Counted from the stretch's first letter, positions 1-11,188 are shown. The stretch: 64,000 nucleotides of DNA from an uncultured virus (IMG/VR IMGVR_UViG_2061766007_001503) (IMGVR_UViG_2061766007_001503), one strand, 5' to 3'. Program-made: numbers and translations. Notes: generated from the sequence alone by a model not told the origin.

Positions 1-1036
1 ATCCAGTCCAAGTTTTATCCTCCCACATGCTGGTTGACTTGTTTAAAACAGATTGAGTTGATGTATATGGATTGGAATAATAAATATTATCTCCATCAGT
101 CCAAATGTAATCTGCCACGCCACCAAAATCTAAAATTATGTCTTTACCAAACCTATAATCATCCACCCAAGCAAGAAATTCTGGCTTCGCAGACATAGTG
201 GTGTGGTGATCCCCACCGGAAGGCTTATCAATAAGATCGTTATAAGACCCACTCGTAGCAACTGTTGCGAGACTTGCAGAATCTGCCTTACTTGCAAGAA
301 GAGTATCGGTCTCAGTCTTTGTGTAATACTGGGACAGATCAATCTCGGTGCTTCCGATATGCTCCCACGCATTATTGACATAAATATACTCGTCATACGT
401 ATCCTGCGTCCCGGCAGTCTGTTTAGGGACAAGATAAATTGTCGTTGTAGAAATATCTTGCACAGGCAAGGACTGAACGACAAGAATATTAAGCGTAGAA
501 ACTGCTCCAATTGCAGCATCTACTTCAGCCTTCGTATATGTCTCAGATTTTAAGTAGTAATTTGTCAGGTTGTTGACGGTATTTGTGATAAATCCGCTGT
601 CATTAGTAAATACCGATAATGCAACGGGTTTATTAAGAATCTGTGCAACGCCGCTTTCAGCATTCCAGTCACTATTAACCTGCGCTGCAGGAATGGTGGG
701 TTTATTAAGAATCTGTGTAACTCCGCTTTCAGCATCCCAATCTGCATTTACCTGTGCTGCGGGGATTGTAGGTTTGTCAGACAAATCGTCATAAGATCCA
801 CTTGTGGCTACAGTTGCAAGATTAGGAGTATTGTCAAGGTCATTGTAGGAGCCAGAGAATGCTACGGCCTTAAGATCTGTAAAGAACTTTTTAATCTTCC
901 CGAAAAGCGTAGATACAGTTTCCCCGGAAGAGATGTTTATTCTGGAAGAAGCTTCGGTAAAATGAACCTGATCCTGATCGATGTTTCCACTTTCGCCGCC
1001 TTCTTTACCAGATGGAAATGCTTGTATTAAACTCAT
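1..1036 (-). CDS. Tail fibre/receptor-binding protein with WTDG repeats (3' end runs off window; missing from ORF track)
   Basis: Manual translation from ATG at 1036 (RBS AGGAGG): MSLIQAFPSGKEGG...VATSGSYDDLSDKPTIPAAQVNADW...YIWTDGDNIYYSNP...KTWTG; SGSYxDL/KPTIP repeats typical of tail fibres. Confidence 0.75.
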   Translation of the reverse strand, partial: MSLIQAFPSGKEGGESGNIDQDQVHFTEASSRINISSGETVSTLFGKIKKFFTDLKAVAFSGSYNDLDNTPNLATVATSGSYDDLSDKPTIPAAQVNADWDAESGVTQILNKPTIPAAQVNSDWNAESGVAQILNKPVALSVFTNDSGFITNTVNNLTNYYLKSETYTKAEVDAAIGAVSTLNILVVQSLPVQDISTTTIYLVPKQTAGTQDTYDEYIYVNNAWEHIGSTEIDLSQYYTKTETDTLLASKADSASLATVATSGSYNDLIDKPSGGDHHTTMSAKPEFLAWVDDYRFGKDIILDFGGVADYIWTDGDNIYYSNPYTSTQSVLNKSTSMWEDKTWTG

Positions 1037-1056
1037 TTTTTATTTCCTCCTTTGTT

Positions 1057-1839
1057 TTAAACAAGAACACCATAGGGACGGAGACCCGGCCCGACAGCAG
1101 AAGAAGAGTTCCAACCAGCCGTTCCATTTGGTCTAAAAGAACCAAAATGTGTTCCGTCTACGACATTTCTTAACCAAAAAACATTATCGCTTATAACCAT
1201 ATATGGTGCTAAATTAAATAACCTAAACTGACCCCATGCTGACCCTATATTAAATCCATTGGATTTTCCATTTGTGTAAGCACTGTGAATGATGTGACCA
1301 AATAACTGTGTTTCTGATGGAAGTTCAACCGTACAACTTTCCCAATTGCAGGCTGTAACCGTTCCATTGTTTACACTATTATTTACATATTCTTCGTGCG
1401 TTGCAATATGACCACTTCCGAAGAAATTTTCAAATATTGTTTTTACGATAGGTCTAAATACTGTGAAATATCGTGTGGCGACATACCCACCATTTACAGT
1501 GTCTGTGGTTCTCATATACTTGCCTGTATAACTATCTGGGGATGCAGGATATAAAACATTATCGGGCATTATAACAAGAGAAGGAGAGTCAAACTTCGGT
1601 GTTGTATCCCCACGCTTTCTAAAAATTCCTGTATTATCTACAATTCTCCATATTATATTTTGAGTTTCATCAACCCAATAATCACCATTCCAAAAATCAG
1701 AGAAGTCTCCATTTGCGAGGGCAGTTGCCTGTTCTTGAGTAAAGGAATTTCCGAGATTTTTGAAACGAAGTCCCGAAAGCCATTCTGTACTAGAACCACC
1801 ACTGCTTCCTGCGGGAAAGGTCTGTATTATATTTGCCAT
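1057..1839 (-). CDS. Putative tail/receptor-binding protein with C-terminal CLec/DUF6273-like domain
   Basis: MANIIQTFPAG leader shared with neighbours; C-terminus FWLRNVVD...GWNSSSAVGPGLRP resembles WLR...GxRP CLec-type domains. Confidence 0.5.
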   Translation of the reverse strand: MANIIQTFPAGSSGGSSTEWLSGLRFKNLGNSFTQEQATALANGDFSDFWNGDYWVDETQNIIWRIVDNTGIFRKRGDTTPKFDSPSLVIMPDNVLYPASPDSYTGKYMRTTDTVNGGYVATRYFTVFRPIVKTIFENFFGSGHIATHEEYVNNSVNNGTVTACNWESCTVELPSETQLFGHIIHSAYTNGKSNGFNIGSAWGQFRLFNLAPYMVISDNVFWLRNVVDGTHFGSFRPNGTAGWNSSSAVGPGLRPYGVLV

Positions 1840-1858
1840 AGTTTATTTCCTTTCCATA

Positions 1859-2841
1859 TCAATCCGTTGTTTTTGTATATTGAATAGTACAGTAACCAAC
1901 ACAATCAGTTCTATCAGAAGTCGTTTTAATAGTTAAACTTGTTCCTGTCAAAGGTGCAGAACTTTTTGAAACAAAATAAAACATTTCTCCAGAATGAGTA
2001 CTATCAGTTCCAGAGTAAGGTATCGGTTGAAGAGCGTGATCACTGTTTCTAATACTAAATAATTTAGTACTAAAAATCTGCTGTGCTTCCCAATTATCAA
2101 AAAGAATAATTTCTTTTGAAGAATTATTTGGTAAAGCTCCACAATCAATGGTTTTCTGATAAAGTAGTTTACCATCTATCCAAGTACCAATTATCTTTTC
2201 TGTGGTAGAATAATCTGTGTCAGAACCAATAGAAATAGGAGAATCTGTTGTTTTAGTGTATTGAAAAAAGTAAAATTTTTACTTTCAGAAGTTGTTTTAA
2301 ATATAATATTATAATCAGGAATTTCTGTAACTAAACCGCTTAATTGCCATGTACAGTTTGTGTGTGAACCTGTCCAATTAGTTTTTATTGTTACAATATC
2401 ACCAGCACTAACAGTAAGGGTAACATCATCAAGTGGCACATTGGTGTTAGGTGCAATCTTTATACTACTGGTAACCAAGGTGTTATTTACATAAAAATCA
2501 AAATAACCTTGTGTGTTACCAACATTATTGTAAGCAATCATGTTTGTAATACTTATAGTAGCAACATCATCATTCACAACAACATAATTAAATATAGTTC
2601 TAACCGCAGTATTTGAAGCTGGCAATGATTCTGAAAATATGGTAAGTTCAGTTCCACGTTGATATAAAGGTTTACCGTCAATCCATTTACCAATTATTTT
2701 CTCAGTACTATCATACAAATCACTCTTACTGAATTTGGTAGCAAGGATTTCTGGCATATTCCCAAGATAAGGGAGTATTTCACCATAAAAATCAGCAAGG
2801 TCTTGTTTTGTTACTACTCTATCGGGATTTGATACTGCCAT
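1859..2841 (-). CDS. Tail-fibre-associated protein with two YTKTTD-type modules, split by a -1 frame change near 2263-2278
   Basis: ORF 2191..2841 continues in the -1 frame as FQYTKTTDSPISIG...YSTTEKIIGTWIDGKLLYQKT...CTIQYTKTTD* ending at 1859. Confidence 0.7.
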
Positions 2842-2855
2842 TTAAATACCTCCTT

Positions 2856-4692
2856 TTAATCTGTTGTTTTGGTGTATTGAAGCGTTAAATAGTACTGAAA
2901 TGAGGTAGACCTATATGATGTTCCAACACTGATGTTTACATATGTCGCATCCATATATACCAAAGTATATCTAGTTGTGTCATAACTCGTTCCCAAAATA
3001 CCAGCAGAACCAACGGAATCAACAAAACTCCCACTTGCGCTTATTAAATTCTTAATATGTTCTGGACGAGATATGGTTATAACTGCCGCTGATGTTGCCG
3101 TTCCGCTATATGTCTTCTGATAAATAGGTTTACCGTCAATCCATTTACCAATTACTTGCTCTTCTGTGGAATAAGTAATACCACGTGTAGGTGTGGACGG
3201 AAGAGGCGTGATAACATCAGCCATATCTGTAGGCAACATACTATCTGTAGAAATAACAGTATCTTCGATTGTAATTCCATTACCAGCTTGGTATGTCGTA
3301 TCTTCATCTTGAATTACATTATTACGAATATACTTCGCTCTTGGATGAGATTCTGATAAAACATATTGAGATGATCCTTTCGAATAATATATTTCATTTC
3401 CGTCAGTCCAAGTGTATTGTCCACCATAGAAATCACCAATATTTGACCAAGTTTTATTGCTCCAAGTCCCTGTTTTAACATCTAATACTTTTTGTGTGGA
3501 ATTCTCAGAATAATATATATTATCTCCATCTGTNNNNNNNNNNTACTGTTACTGAAAAGCTTCGATGGACTATTGTTCCAAGTCTTAGCAGACCAAGTGG
3601 AAGTAGCTTTATCTAATACATACTGTTTTGAACTGTTTCCATTGGAATAATAAATATTATCTCCATCTGTCCATATACTGTTCCCGTAAAAATTTGTAAG
3701 CCCTGTCCAAGTCTTAACAGACCAAGTGGAAGTGACTTTATCTAAGACATATTGATATTCCTCATACGAATAATAAATATTCGTTCCATCAGTCCAGACA
3801 TACATACCGTCAAAATTTGTAAGCCCTGTCCAAGTTTTTGTAGACCATGTAGAAGTAGCTTTGTCGAGGATATAATTATCACCCATATATGAATAATATA
3901 TATTTGTTCCATCTGTCCAGATACTGTTCCCGTAAAAATTTGTAAGCCCAGTCCAAGTTTTAGCAGACCATGTGAAAGTTTCCTTGTCCAAGACATACTG
4001 ACTTGAACCATCCGAATAATAAATGTTTTTACCATCTGTCCAGACATTTTTTCCATTAAAATTTGTAAGGCCAGTCCACGTCTTAGCTGACCATGCAGAA
4101 GTTGCTTTATTTAGGATATATTGATTTACTCCATAAGAATAATATATGTTTTCTCCGTCAGTCCAAACTGCACTGCCATCAAAATATGGAAGCCCAGTCC
4201 AAGTTTTAACAGACCAAGTAGAGGTTGATTTGTCGAGGACATACTGACTTCCAGTGTCAGAACAATAAATATCTGTGCCATCTGTCCAGACTTTTTCGCC
4301 ATTAATATTTGTAAACCCAGTCCAAGTTTTAGCAGACCAAGTACGCGTGGCTTTATCTAAAACATACTGACTTGAACCACGAGAGTAATAAATATCCGTT
4401 CCATCTGTCCAGATATAAGAACCGCCAAGATTCGTAAATCCATTCCAAACAACATTCTGCCAAGTCATGGCCGCATTGTCCAAAATAAACTGCTTTGTAG
4501 ACCAATAGGAATAATAAATATCTGTGCCATCAGTCCAGATATTTTTTACTGATAACTGTGAGTTTATATCGGACTTTGTTTTAAAATTGGACTCAGACCA
4601 TGTAGACGTCGTTTTATCAAGAACATATTGATCTGTGGCGTTAGAATAATAAATATTCGTTCCATCAGTCCAGACATACATACCGTCAAAAT
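2856..4692 (-). CDS. WTDG-repeat (beta-propeller-like) receptor-binding protein with C-terminal YTKTTD domain; 5' end lost in N-gap
   Basis: ORFs 3482..4681 and 2856..3239 join across N-gap 3534-3543 (TDGDNIYYSENSTQKVL...STDSMLPTDMA); about 41-aa repeat WTDGxNIYYS...QYVLDKxTxTWSxKTWTG. Confidence 0.75.
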
Positions 4693-4837
4693 TNNNNNNN
4701 NNNGTATTCTCCTGCCCCTCTTTTTCTTATTTATAATTACATATAATATTGATCATTTGTTTTAGCCTCTTAAAAAATGAAGAGGAAAGCGTTAGATACA
4801 CCTTCCTCTTCATAAGGGAACGGGTAAAAATTGCGAA

Positions 4838-6460
4838 CTACTTAGCGCTGCAGGAAACCCCGACTTTGGATAGACGTTTGGTGAAAGTCAATAGAACATC
4901 TCTGTCGAAGATCCAGATATCATTTTCTCCAAAACTCGTGACTCCATTCCAAGTTACAGCAGACCATGTGGAAGTTTCCTTGTCCAAGACATACTGACTT
5001 GAACCATCCGAATAATAAATGNNNNNNNNNNCATATCTTCCAGACAATGGACGATATCCATTCCATGTTTTTGGTATCCAAGTATTTGTTGATTTGTCTA
5101 AAACATATTGCCTATCATTATATCCACCAGAATAATATATATTTATCCCATCAGTCCAAAAATCGACACCACTCGGAGACGCCGGAAGTCCTTCAAGTGT
5201 TACCTCCTCCCAAGTATCTGTTGCTTTATTTAATCTATACGAAGAAGAAGTAAATGACCAATATATATTTTCTCCGTCACTCCATACACTACTGCCAGTA
5301 AAATTCGTAAGACCATTCCATGTTTTATTACTCCATGTTTTTGTCTTTATATCAAATACTTTTTGTGTGGAATTCTCAGAATAATATATATTATCTCCAT
5401 CTGTCCATATATACGCTCCATTTAATGATGCTTGAGCGCCAGTCATTGAACACCGAGTCCACATTTTTCCACTCTTTAGTTGATATTGTGCAGAATCAAA
5501 TGAATAATAAATATTCTCGCAATCAGTCCAAACACGGATTCCATCAAAATATGCTGGGCCAGTCCAATCTTTAGCAATCCATGTTCTAGTCTCTTTGTCT
5601 AAGACATATTGTGCTTTCGAACTTACATTTGGATCGTAAGATACAGAATAATAAATATTCTCACCATCCGTCCAAACATTGGTTCCATAAAATTTACTTA
5701 ATCCAGTAAACGTAACGCTACTCCATGATTGATTTTCTACATCTAAAACATAGTTTGTAGAGTTGGCGCTATAGTATATGTTTTCACCATCAGTCCACAC
5801 ATATTGTCCATCTGGATTTGTTAAACCAGTCCAAGTAATGGAACTCCAAGTCGTAGATGTTCCACTAATAGCCGTCATTTTCTTTTGCGTCGTATCTAAT
5901 GAATAATAAACATTTGTTCCATCTGTCCAAAAAGAATTTCCGTTGCAATTTGACAGGCCAGATTTACTTGGAGTATTCCAATGACTTGTTGATTTATCTA
6001 GAACACGATGGATTGAACTATATGAATAAAAAACATTTCCATTACACAACCAAATATATTGTCCAAAAAGATTTGTCGATCCAGTCCATGTTTTTGTGCT
6101 CCACGTATCTGTTGCCTTATCTAAAACATATTGATTTTCTGTTCCGTTTGAGTAATAAATATTTGTACCATCAGTCCAAACATAATATCCGTCAAAACTC
6201 GTTAGCCCATTCCATTTCTTTTTAACCCATTTATTTGTTTCTTTATCAAATACAAGTTGATTGGTTGTAGAAGAATAGTATATATTTTCTCCATCAGTCC
6301 ATATATTTGATCCACCTAACTGTTTAAAGCCATCCCAATACCAATCTGCTTCTTGGAAAGAAAGCATTCCCGGACTAACTCGAGTTGTTTTGAGAATCGT
6401 TGTATTTTCAACATCGCCTCCGTCGCTTCCCATAGGAAATGCTTGAATTATATTTGCCAT
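4838..6460 (-). CDS. WTDG-repeat (beta-propeller-like) receptor-binding protein
   Basis: Many copies of WTDGENIYYS...YVLDK...KTWNG; MANIIQAFP leader. Confidence 0.75.
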   Translation of the reverse strand: MANIIQAFPMGSDGGDVENTTILKTTRVSPGMLSFQEADWYWDGFKQLGGSNIWTDGENIYYSSTTNQLVFDKETNKWVKKKWNGLTSFDGYYVWTDGTNIYYSNGTENQYVLDKATDTWSTKTWTGSTNLFGQYIWLCNGNVFYSYSSIHRVLDKSTSHWNTPSKSGLSNCNGNSFWTDGTNVYYSLDTTQKKMTAISGTSTTWSSITWTGLTNPDGQYVWTDGENIYYSANSTNYVLDVENQSWSSVTFTGLSKFYGTNVWTDGENIYYSVSYDPNVSSKAQYVLDKETRTWIAKDWTGPAYFDGIRVWTDCENIYYSFDSAQYQLKSGKMWTRCSMTGAQASLNGAYIWTDGDNIYYSENSTQKVFDIKTKTWSNKTWNGLTNFTGSSVWSDGENIYWSFTSSSYRLNKATDTWEEVTLEGLPASPSGVDFWTDGINIYYSGGYNDRQYVLDKSTNTWIPKTWNGYRPLSGRYXXXXIYYSDGSSQYVLDKETSTWSAVTWNGVTSFGENDIWIFDRDVLLTFTKRLSKVGVSCSAK

Positions 6461-6476
6461 GATTTATCTCCTTTCC

Positions 6477-7400
6477 TTAATCTGTAGTTTTGGTGTATTT
6501 AAGTGTTACATAGGCATTAAATGTCGTAGCGTTAAAGTTAGTCTCTAAATTGATAGTGTCTGTCGACTTTGAGAAATATATATCAACTACGGAAGTCTTA
6601 AGCCTATCACAATATGGAATGTTTATTATATTCCCATTACTTGAATTTTTAGCGAACCCTAGTAAAGATACAATAGTTTCACAATTTAAGCTAGATATTG
6701 ATACATAAGTACCAGCATTATCGGTAAGTGCCCCACAATCAATTGTCTTCTGATACAATAATTTTCCATCAGTCCAAGTTCCAATAATCTGTTCTTCTGT
6801 ACTATAATTACTTCCTGCATCCATAAAGATGTTTTTTATTGCTATACAATAAAGAACTGATGTATTAGTGGGGCGGGAAGTATATAATGGTGTATCTGAA
6901 GCAGACCCGCTTGAAGAAGATGAATACCTATTTTTAACACTAGTACCAATATTCTTATCTGCAAATGCTACAGCAATATCACTACCATATACGCTAGTTG
7001 ATGTTCCAGTACTAATTCTTGGAATACGTGTAGCACTTTGGTGAACACCAACTCCCGCACCATCTCCTTCATTTGCGTGACTGTTTGTTCCTGTGCCTCT
7101 GAGAAATTCACCTCTAAGGTCTGGAACGGCAAAAGTAGTAACACCATCTCCGCCAAAGAAATTACTTGATTCAAATTGTGTATTGAAGTAGGTAGCGAGT
7201 TCAGGATAATCTGTAATATTTACAACTTGCCCATTACAGGCAAGATAATTAGTAGGGGCTGTTTTACCCATTACTGCAATAATAGTACCAATAGGAGTAA
7301 ATCCTGTATGAGCGCTACCACCAAGATAAGGGAGTATTGCACCATAAAAGTCAGCAAGGTCTTGTTTTGTTACTACCCTATCGGGGTTTGATACTGCCAT
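6477..7400 (-). CDS. Tail fibre protein with phage tail-collar domain and C-terminal YTKTTD domain
   Basis: PIGTIIAVMGKTAPTNYLACNGQ...YPEL...FAVPDLRGEFLRG matches the tail-collar motif. Confidence 0.8.
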   Translation of the reverse strand: MAVSNPDRVVTKQDLADFYGAILPYLGGSAHTGFTPIGTIIAVMGKTAPTNYLACNGQVVNITDYPELATYFNTQFESSNFFGGDGVTTFAVPDLRGEFLRGTGTNSHANEGDGAGVGVHQSATRIPRISTGTSTSVYGSDIAVAFADKNIGTSVKNRYSSSSSGSASDTPLYTSRPTNTSVLYCIAIKNIFMDAGSNYSTEEQIIGTWTDGKLLYQKTIDCGALTDNAGTYVSISSLNCETIVSLLGFAKNSSNGNIINIPYCDRLKTSVVDIYFSKSTDTINLETNFNATTFNAYVTLKYTKTTD

Positions 7401-7415
7401 GTTTATTTCCTCCCT

Positions 7416-9191
7416 TTAGTCTGTTGTTTTGGTGTATTGAAGAGTGACTAATACAGCATTACCATTAAACGATGTCCAGTTATTACCAATAGCAACTTTA
7501 TTTCTATTAGATGAGGTAGATGCTGAATTATCATATGCTACTACTCTTATTCTTGGTATATTAGAGTCCGTTGTTTTTGCACCAACAAAATCCAATGAGG
7601 CTACTGCACCTTCGGAAAACTGTGTGGTTCCAAATATATTAACTATTTTACTTATTGTCGCACCAATACTAATAAATGATGTCGCTTCTGTTCCATTCGT
7701 AGAACAAGTGGGAGCAGTGCTTATAAAAGTTTTCTGATACAGTGGCTTTCCATCGATCCATGTCCCTACGATGTGTTCTGTCGTACTATAATTAACTTGT
7801 GTAGGATTAGCAGCATCTATCCATTCGACATCATTATCTGTGTTAGATCTCTTTGCAAGTACTTGTCCCGTAGTTCCACCAGCAGGCAACGAAGCAGAAC
7901 CACCTCCACCTCCTGCATAAAGAGTAACAGGAAGATCTGCGGAAGGAATTGTTTCACATTCAAAAGTAAATGAAGTCCCACTTACAGAAACAACATTAAT
8001 TTTTGCACTTGCATACATTTCCTTTTGTGCAGAAGTTGCAGATGCTGGCATACCAATGACACCACCCATAGCAGTATCATATCCAGTAAATGTAACTGTT
8101 TGTTGTTTAGTTGTATTATTCCATCCTGCTGCGGTAAGAGTTGCATCTATAATCGTACCAGTTCCGCCACCGCCGCCAGACGAAGGTTGGACATTTAATT
8201 GCACCCAACTATAAGTTCCGCTATTATTAACGCACTTATAGAAATAACCATTAGTGTAATTTGCATCAGTAGCACCAATGTACTGATAAACATTATCTAC
8301 TTCAGTTACACTTGCAGTTGGCATAGTTGTTACTTGAATAGAACCACTATCACTACTAGGTTGAATATTTTTTTGATTCCACACATAAGTTCCGGGATTC
8401 AAACTATCTTCAACACATTCATAAAAATATCCGTTGATATAATCAATAGTTGATGTTCCAACATATTCAATAATACGTCCTTCATCATTGCTTGTAGGAA
8501 TTGGCATTGTATCAAGCTGAATAACAGTATCTTTATCTGGCTGAGTTGAAGCTTGAACCCAAATATATGTGCCAGCAGATGAAGGATTTTCTATACATTT
8601 ATAAAAATATCCATTAGTATAATAGACATTTGTAGCCCCAATATACTGATAGATTTTATCTACTAAATTTGCAGATGCTTCTGGAAGAACTCCATATTGC
8701 ATTTTTTCTTGATAACTTGTTAAATCAATAAAAGCCGAAAGTACGTCCCACTTAATATTCGGAGTGAGTTCTGTACCAATATCTACAGCAACAATATTAG
8801 TTCCAGCAGAATAACTCTTTCCAGCTCCCTCAACGAAATCAGAAGTAGTAGTAAAATCATCTTCAATGTTGTAAACATTTCCAAGAATATTAGACGATAA
8901 TTCAGGTTTATTAATAAATAATATAGATCCGGCGGGTTTATAAACTGTTACATCAATTGAGTCACTTCCAATTGCCTTCCAACTTGCTTCAGAAGTTGGA
9001 TCAGATGCAATCAGCATATATGCTTTTTGTTCTGATTTGACAGATACAATCATTCCTATATATTTGTAAGGATAACTTGTTGCCGCCGTAAGATCCGCTT
9101 TAGTTTCTACAACTAGTCTCGCATCAAGAGGGGCGCCAGCGAGAACTTCTAGCGAACCAGAAAAATTCGCACTACCTTTACTTCGTGCCAT
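7416..9191 (-). CDS. Virion structural/fibre protein with three YQYIG...YTNGYFYKC repeats and YTKTTD C-terminus
   Basis: ORF track 591 aa; internal repeats; Gly linkers; LPAGGTTGQVLAK motif. Confidence 0.65.
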   Translation of the reverse strand: MARSKGSANFSGSLEVLAGAPLDARLVVETKADLTAATSYPYKYIGMIVSVKSEQKAYMLIASDPTSEASWKAIGSDSIDVTVYKPAGSILFINKPELSSNILGNVYNIEDDFTTTSDFVEGAGKSYSAGTNIVAVDIGTELTPNIKWDVLSAFIDLTSYQEKMQYGVLPEASANLVDKIYQYIGATNVYYTNGYFYKCIENPSSAGTYIWVQASTQPDKDTVIQLDTMPIPTSNDEGRIIEYVGTSTIDYINGYFYECVEDSLNPGTYVWNQKNIQPSSDSGSIQVTTMPTASVTEVDNVYQYIGATDANYTNGYFYKCVNNSGTYSWVQLNVQPSSGGGGGTGTIIDATLTAAGWNNTTKQQTVTFTGYDTAMGGVIGMPASATSAQKEMYASAKINVVSVSGTSFTFECETIPSADLPVTLYAGGGGGSASLPAGGTTGQVLAKRSNTDNDVEWIDAANPTQVNYSTTEHIVGTWIDGKPLYQKTFISTAPTCSTNGTEATSFISIGATISKIVNIFGTTQFSEGAVASLDFVGAKTTDSNIPRIRVVAYDNSASTSSNRNKVAIGNNWTSFNGNAVLVTLQYTKTTD

Positions 9192-9202
9192 ATGTTACCT
9201 CC

Positions 9203-10630
9203 TTATGACCATTTTAATCTAACATTACGAGAACCAGTGTCGTAGCCAAGATTAAATGTATATCTTTTATAATTAACAGCATTCCCGGCAGCATCATTGT
9301 GAGTGACATTTGTAACAGCAAACTGGTCAATAGCATCTTCGTATGCCCCAGAAAGATCGTTCTTAACTTGAATTGCAGTTACTGTCCAACTTGCAGGAAC
9401 ATCAAACACTTCAGGATTTGCAACAGTCTGCGCGGGGAATGTGAAATCTTTCTGCTTCGCTCCCTTACTAACAAGAGCAAGTTTTGCAATTGTAGCAATG
9501 TTAGATGTGTTTGCCCACAAAGCATCAACAAACTCATATGTAATTGTGTTTGTATTGACGCTACCAGCAGCAAGAGGAGTAGAATAATCTTTGCCAGAAC
9601 TATCCTTAGGTTGTTCTCCGGCTCCATATTCAACAGTTCCTCTATAAGTAAGTTGTTCGGAAGTGATAGTTCTTGAGAAAGTATTCTCTGATTGAGCATC
9701 ACCGCCATTTAATGAATATCCAGTTGCAGCACCAGATCTGTATCCACTTGTTCCATATGCGGGATTGATGCTTCCTCTATTAAATGTTACAGTAAATACA
9801 GTATTTAAAGTTGCACCAGTTTCAAGCAACTTTGCACCAGTTGCAGAAATGGTTGCGCTAGGACTTGTAAGAATAGGATACATGACGGGATCAAGCATGT
9901 CTCTCAAGATAGTCTCAAGACTTTCTCCTTCTTCATATTGCGTCCCTACAGTAATACCACCTACGGTGACAGCCGCAGTTAAATCGTCTGTAAGTACAGC
10001 GGGACCACCACCACTTCCGCCTCCGCAATAAATTTCAACGGGAAGATTTATAGAAGGTATTTCTTCACATTCAAAAGTAACAGTAGCTCCAGATTGAGAT
10101 ACTGTTCTAATAACACAATTTTTATATTCTTCCATTTGTGCGGAAGTCGCGTCTGCGGGAAGTCCTATAACACCATTATAAGCTGCACTATAATTTGTAA
10201 ATGTAACTGTTTGTTGTTTTGTTATAGAATCCCATTCACTTGCTAAAAGAGTACCAGTATAGATAGAACCTGCAGTTCCACCTCCGCCTCCACTTGGTGC
10301 AAAAATATCTGTTTTTATTCCATCTACTTCAATTTCAGCAATTTTAGTTCCTGAAGTAAGTATTTGGGTAACATTTACATCAGCACCCGGGAGTTCTCCT
10401 GCGTCTTCAGTGGTATCATCATCATAAGTGATAATCAAATGACCATTTGCATCTATTGTAGTAGATTTAATCCCTAAGCCATCTTTAGGAGTTGGAAAGG
10501 TCATAGTTAAAACTTGACCATCATTTGTTGTCATTATAAGTGTTGTACCACTGATAGAATAGGAAGCAATACCTGATACAGCTGAACTAGCAATTCGTTT
10601 TGCTAAAGCATATGCTTCTAAAGCTGTCAT
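9203..10630 (-). CDS. Putative virion structural protein
   Basis: 475 aa Thr/Gly-rich; shares the W..TKQQTVTFT.Y....GVIG.PA.ATSAQ module with 7416..9191. Confidence 0.55.
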   Translation of the reverse strand: MTALEAYALAKRIASSAVSGIASYSISGTTLIMTTNDGQVLTMTFPTPKDGLGIKSTTIDANGHLIITYDDDTTEDAGELPGADVNVTQILTSGTKIAEIEVDGIKTDIFAPSGGGGGTAGSIYTGTLLASEWDSITKQQTVTFTNYSAAYNGVIGLPADATSAQMEEYKNCVIRTVSQSGATVTFECEEIPSINLPVEIYCGGGSGGGPAVLTDDLTAAVTVGGITVGTQYEEGESLETILRDMLDPVMYPILTSPSATISATGAKLLETGATLNTVFTVTFNRGSINPAYGTSGYRSGAATGYSLNGGDAQSENTFSRTITSEQLTYRGTVEYGAGEQPKDSSGKDYSTPLAAGSVNTNTITYEFVDALWANTSNIATIAKLALVSKGAKQKDFTFPAQTVANPEVFDVPASWTVTAIQVKNDLSGAYEDAIDQFAVTNVTHNDAAGNAVNYKRYTFNLGYDTGSRNVRLKWS

Positions 10631-10642
10631 TTTATATCCTCC

Positions 10643-10837
10643 TTAAAGTTGATGCCATATTTTATCAGTTCCAAGCACCCAAACTGATGAATTTTCTAAT
10701 ACTATACAAGAACTACCAGGAGACCAATCACAATTTTCTCCAGAAGGAAGTTCTTGACGATCTGCTAATGTATCACAAACAATTTCGTATACGCCATATT
10801 GGACTGTATTTCCTTGAGTTGTTATTCTATATCCCAT
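10643..10837 (-). CDS. Small hypothetical phage protein
   Basis: RBS AGAGGAG upstream; 64 aa; first gene of the operon. Confidence 0.7.
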   Translation of the reverse strand: MGYRITTQGNTVQYGVYEIVCDTLADRQELPSGENCDWSPGSSCIVLENSSVWVLGTDKIWHQL

Positions 10838-11011
10838 ATATAAGACTCCTCTCTACCTCAGAAGGTATTTTTTCTACATTTTATATAAAAATTGCTAAAT
10901 ATTAAATATTGTATTTTGCCCAAATAAAATTGGATTTCAAAATAACTAAGAAGGCTGCGGATTTGAGTTTACGATTCTCCCGGCCAGCATCGCTCCGAGC
11001 AGCCTTACGAA

Positions 11012-11047
11012 AAAAGTGGGAGGTCATAAAAAACCTCCCACTAAAAA
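11012..11047. terminator. Bidirectional intrinsic terminator ending the tRNA operon
   Basis: AAAAAGTGGGAGGT-cataaaaa-ACCTCCCACTAAAAA. Confidence 0.7.
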
Positions 11048-11089
11048 AGAAGCCCAAGACCGAAAACAATTTCGTCCCTGAACTCCTAA

Positions 11090-11172
11090 CGCCGACACCG
11101 CGACTCGAACGCAGACAGCCAAAAGACTGGATTGATTAGCAATCAATTGAGATACCTTTACTCCATATCGGC
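11090..11172 (-). tRNA. tRNA-Ser(GCT)
   Basis: Cloverleaf; ATTGA-TT-GCT-AA-TCAAT; long variable arm; TTCGAGT T-loop. Confidence 0.9.
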
Positions 11173-11188
11173 ACATTATTTACTTGAA

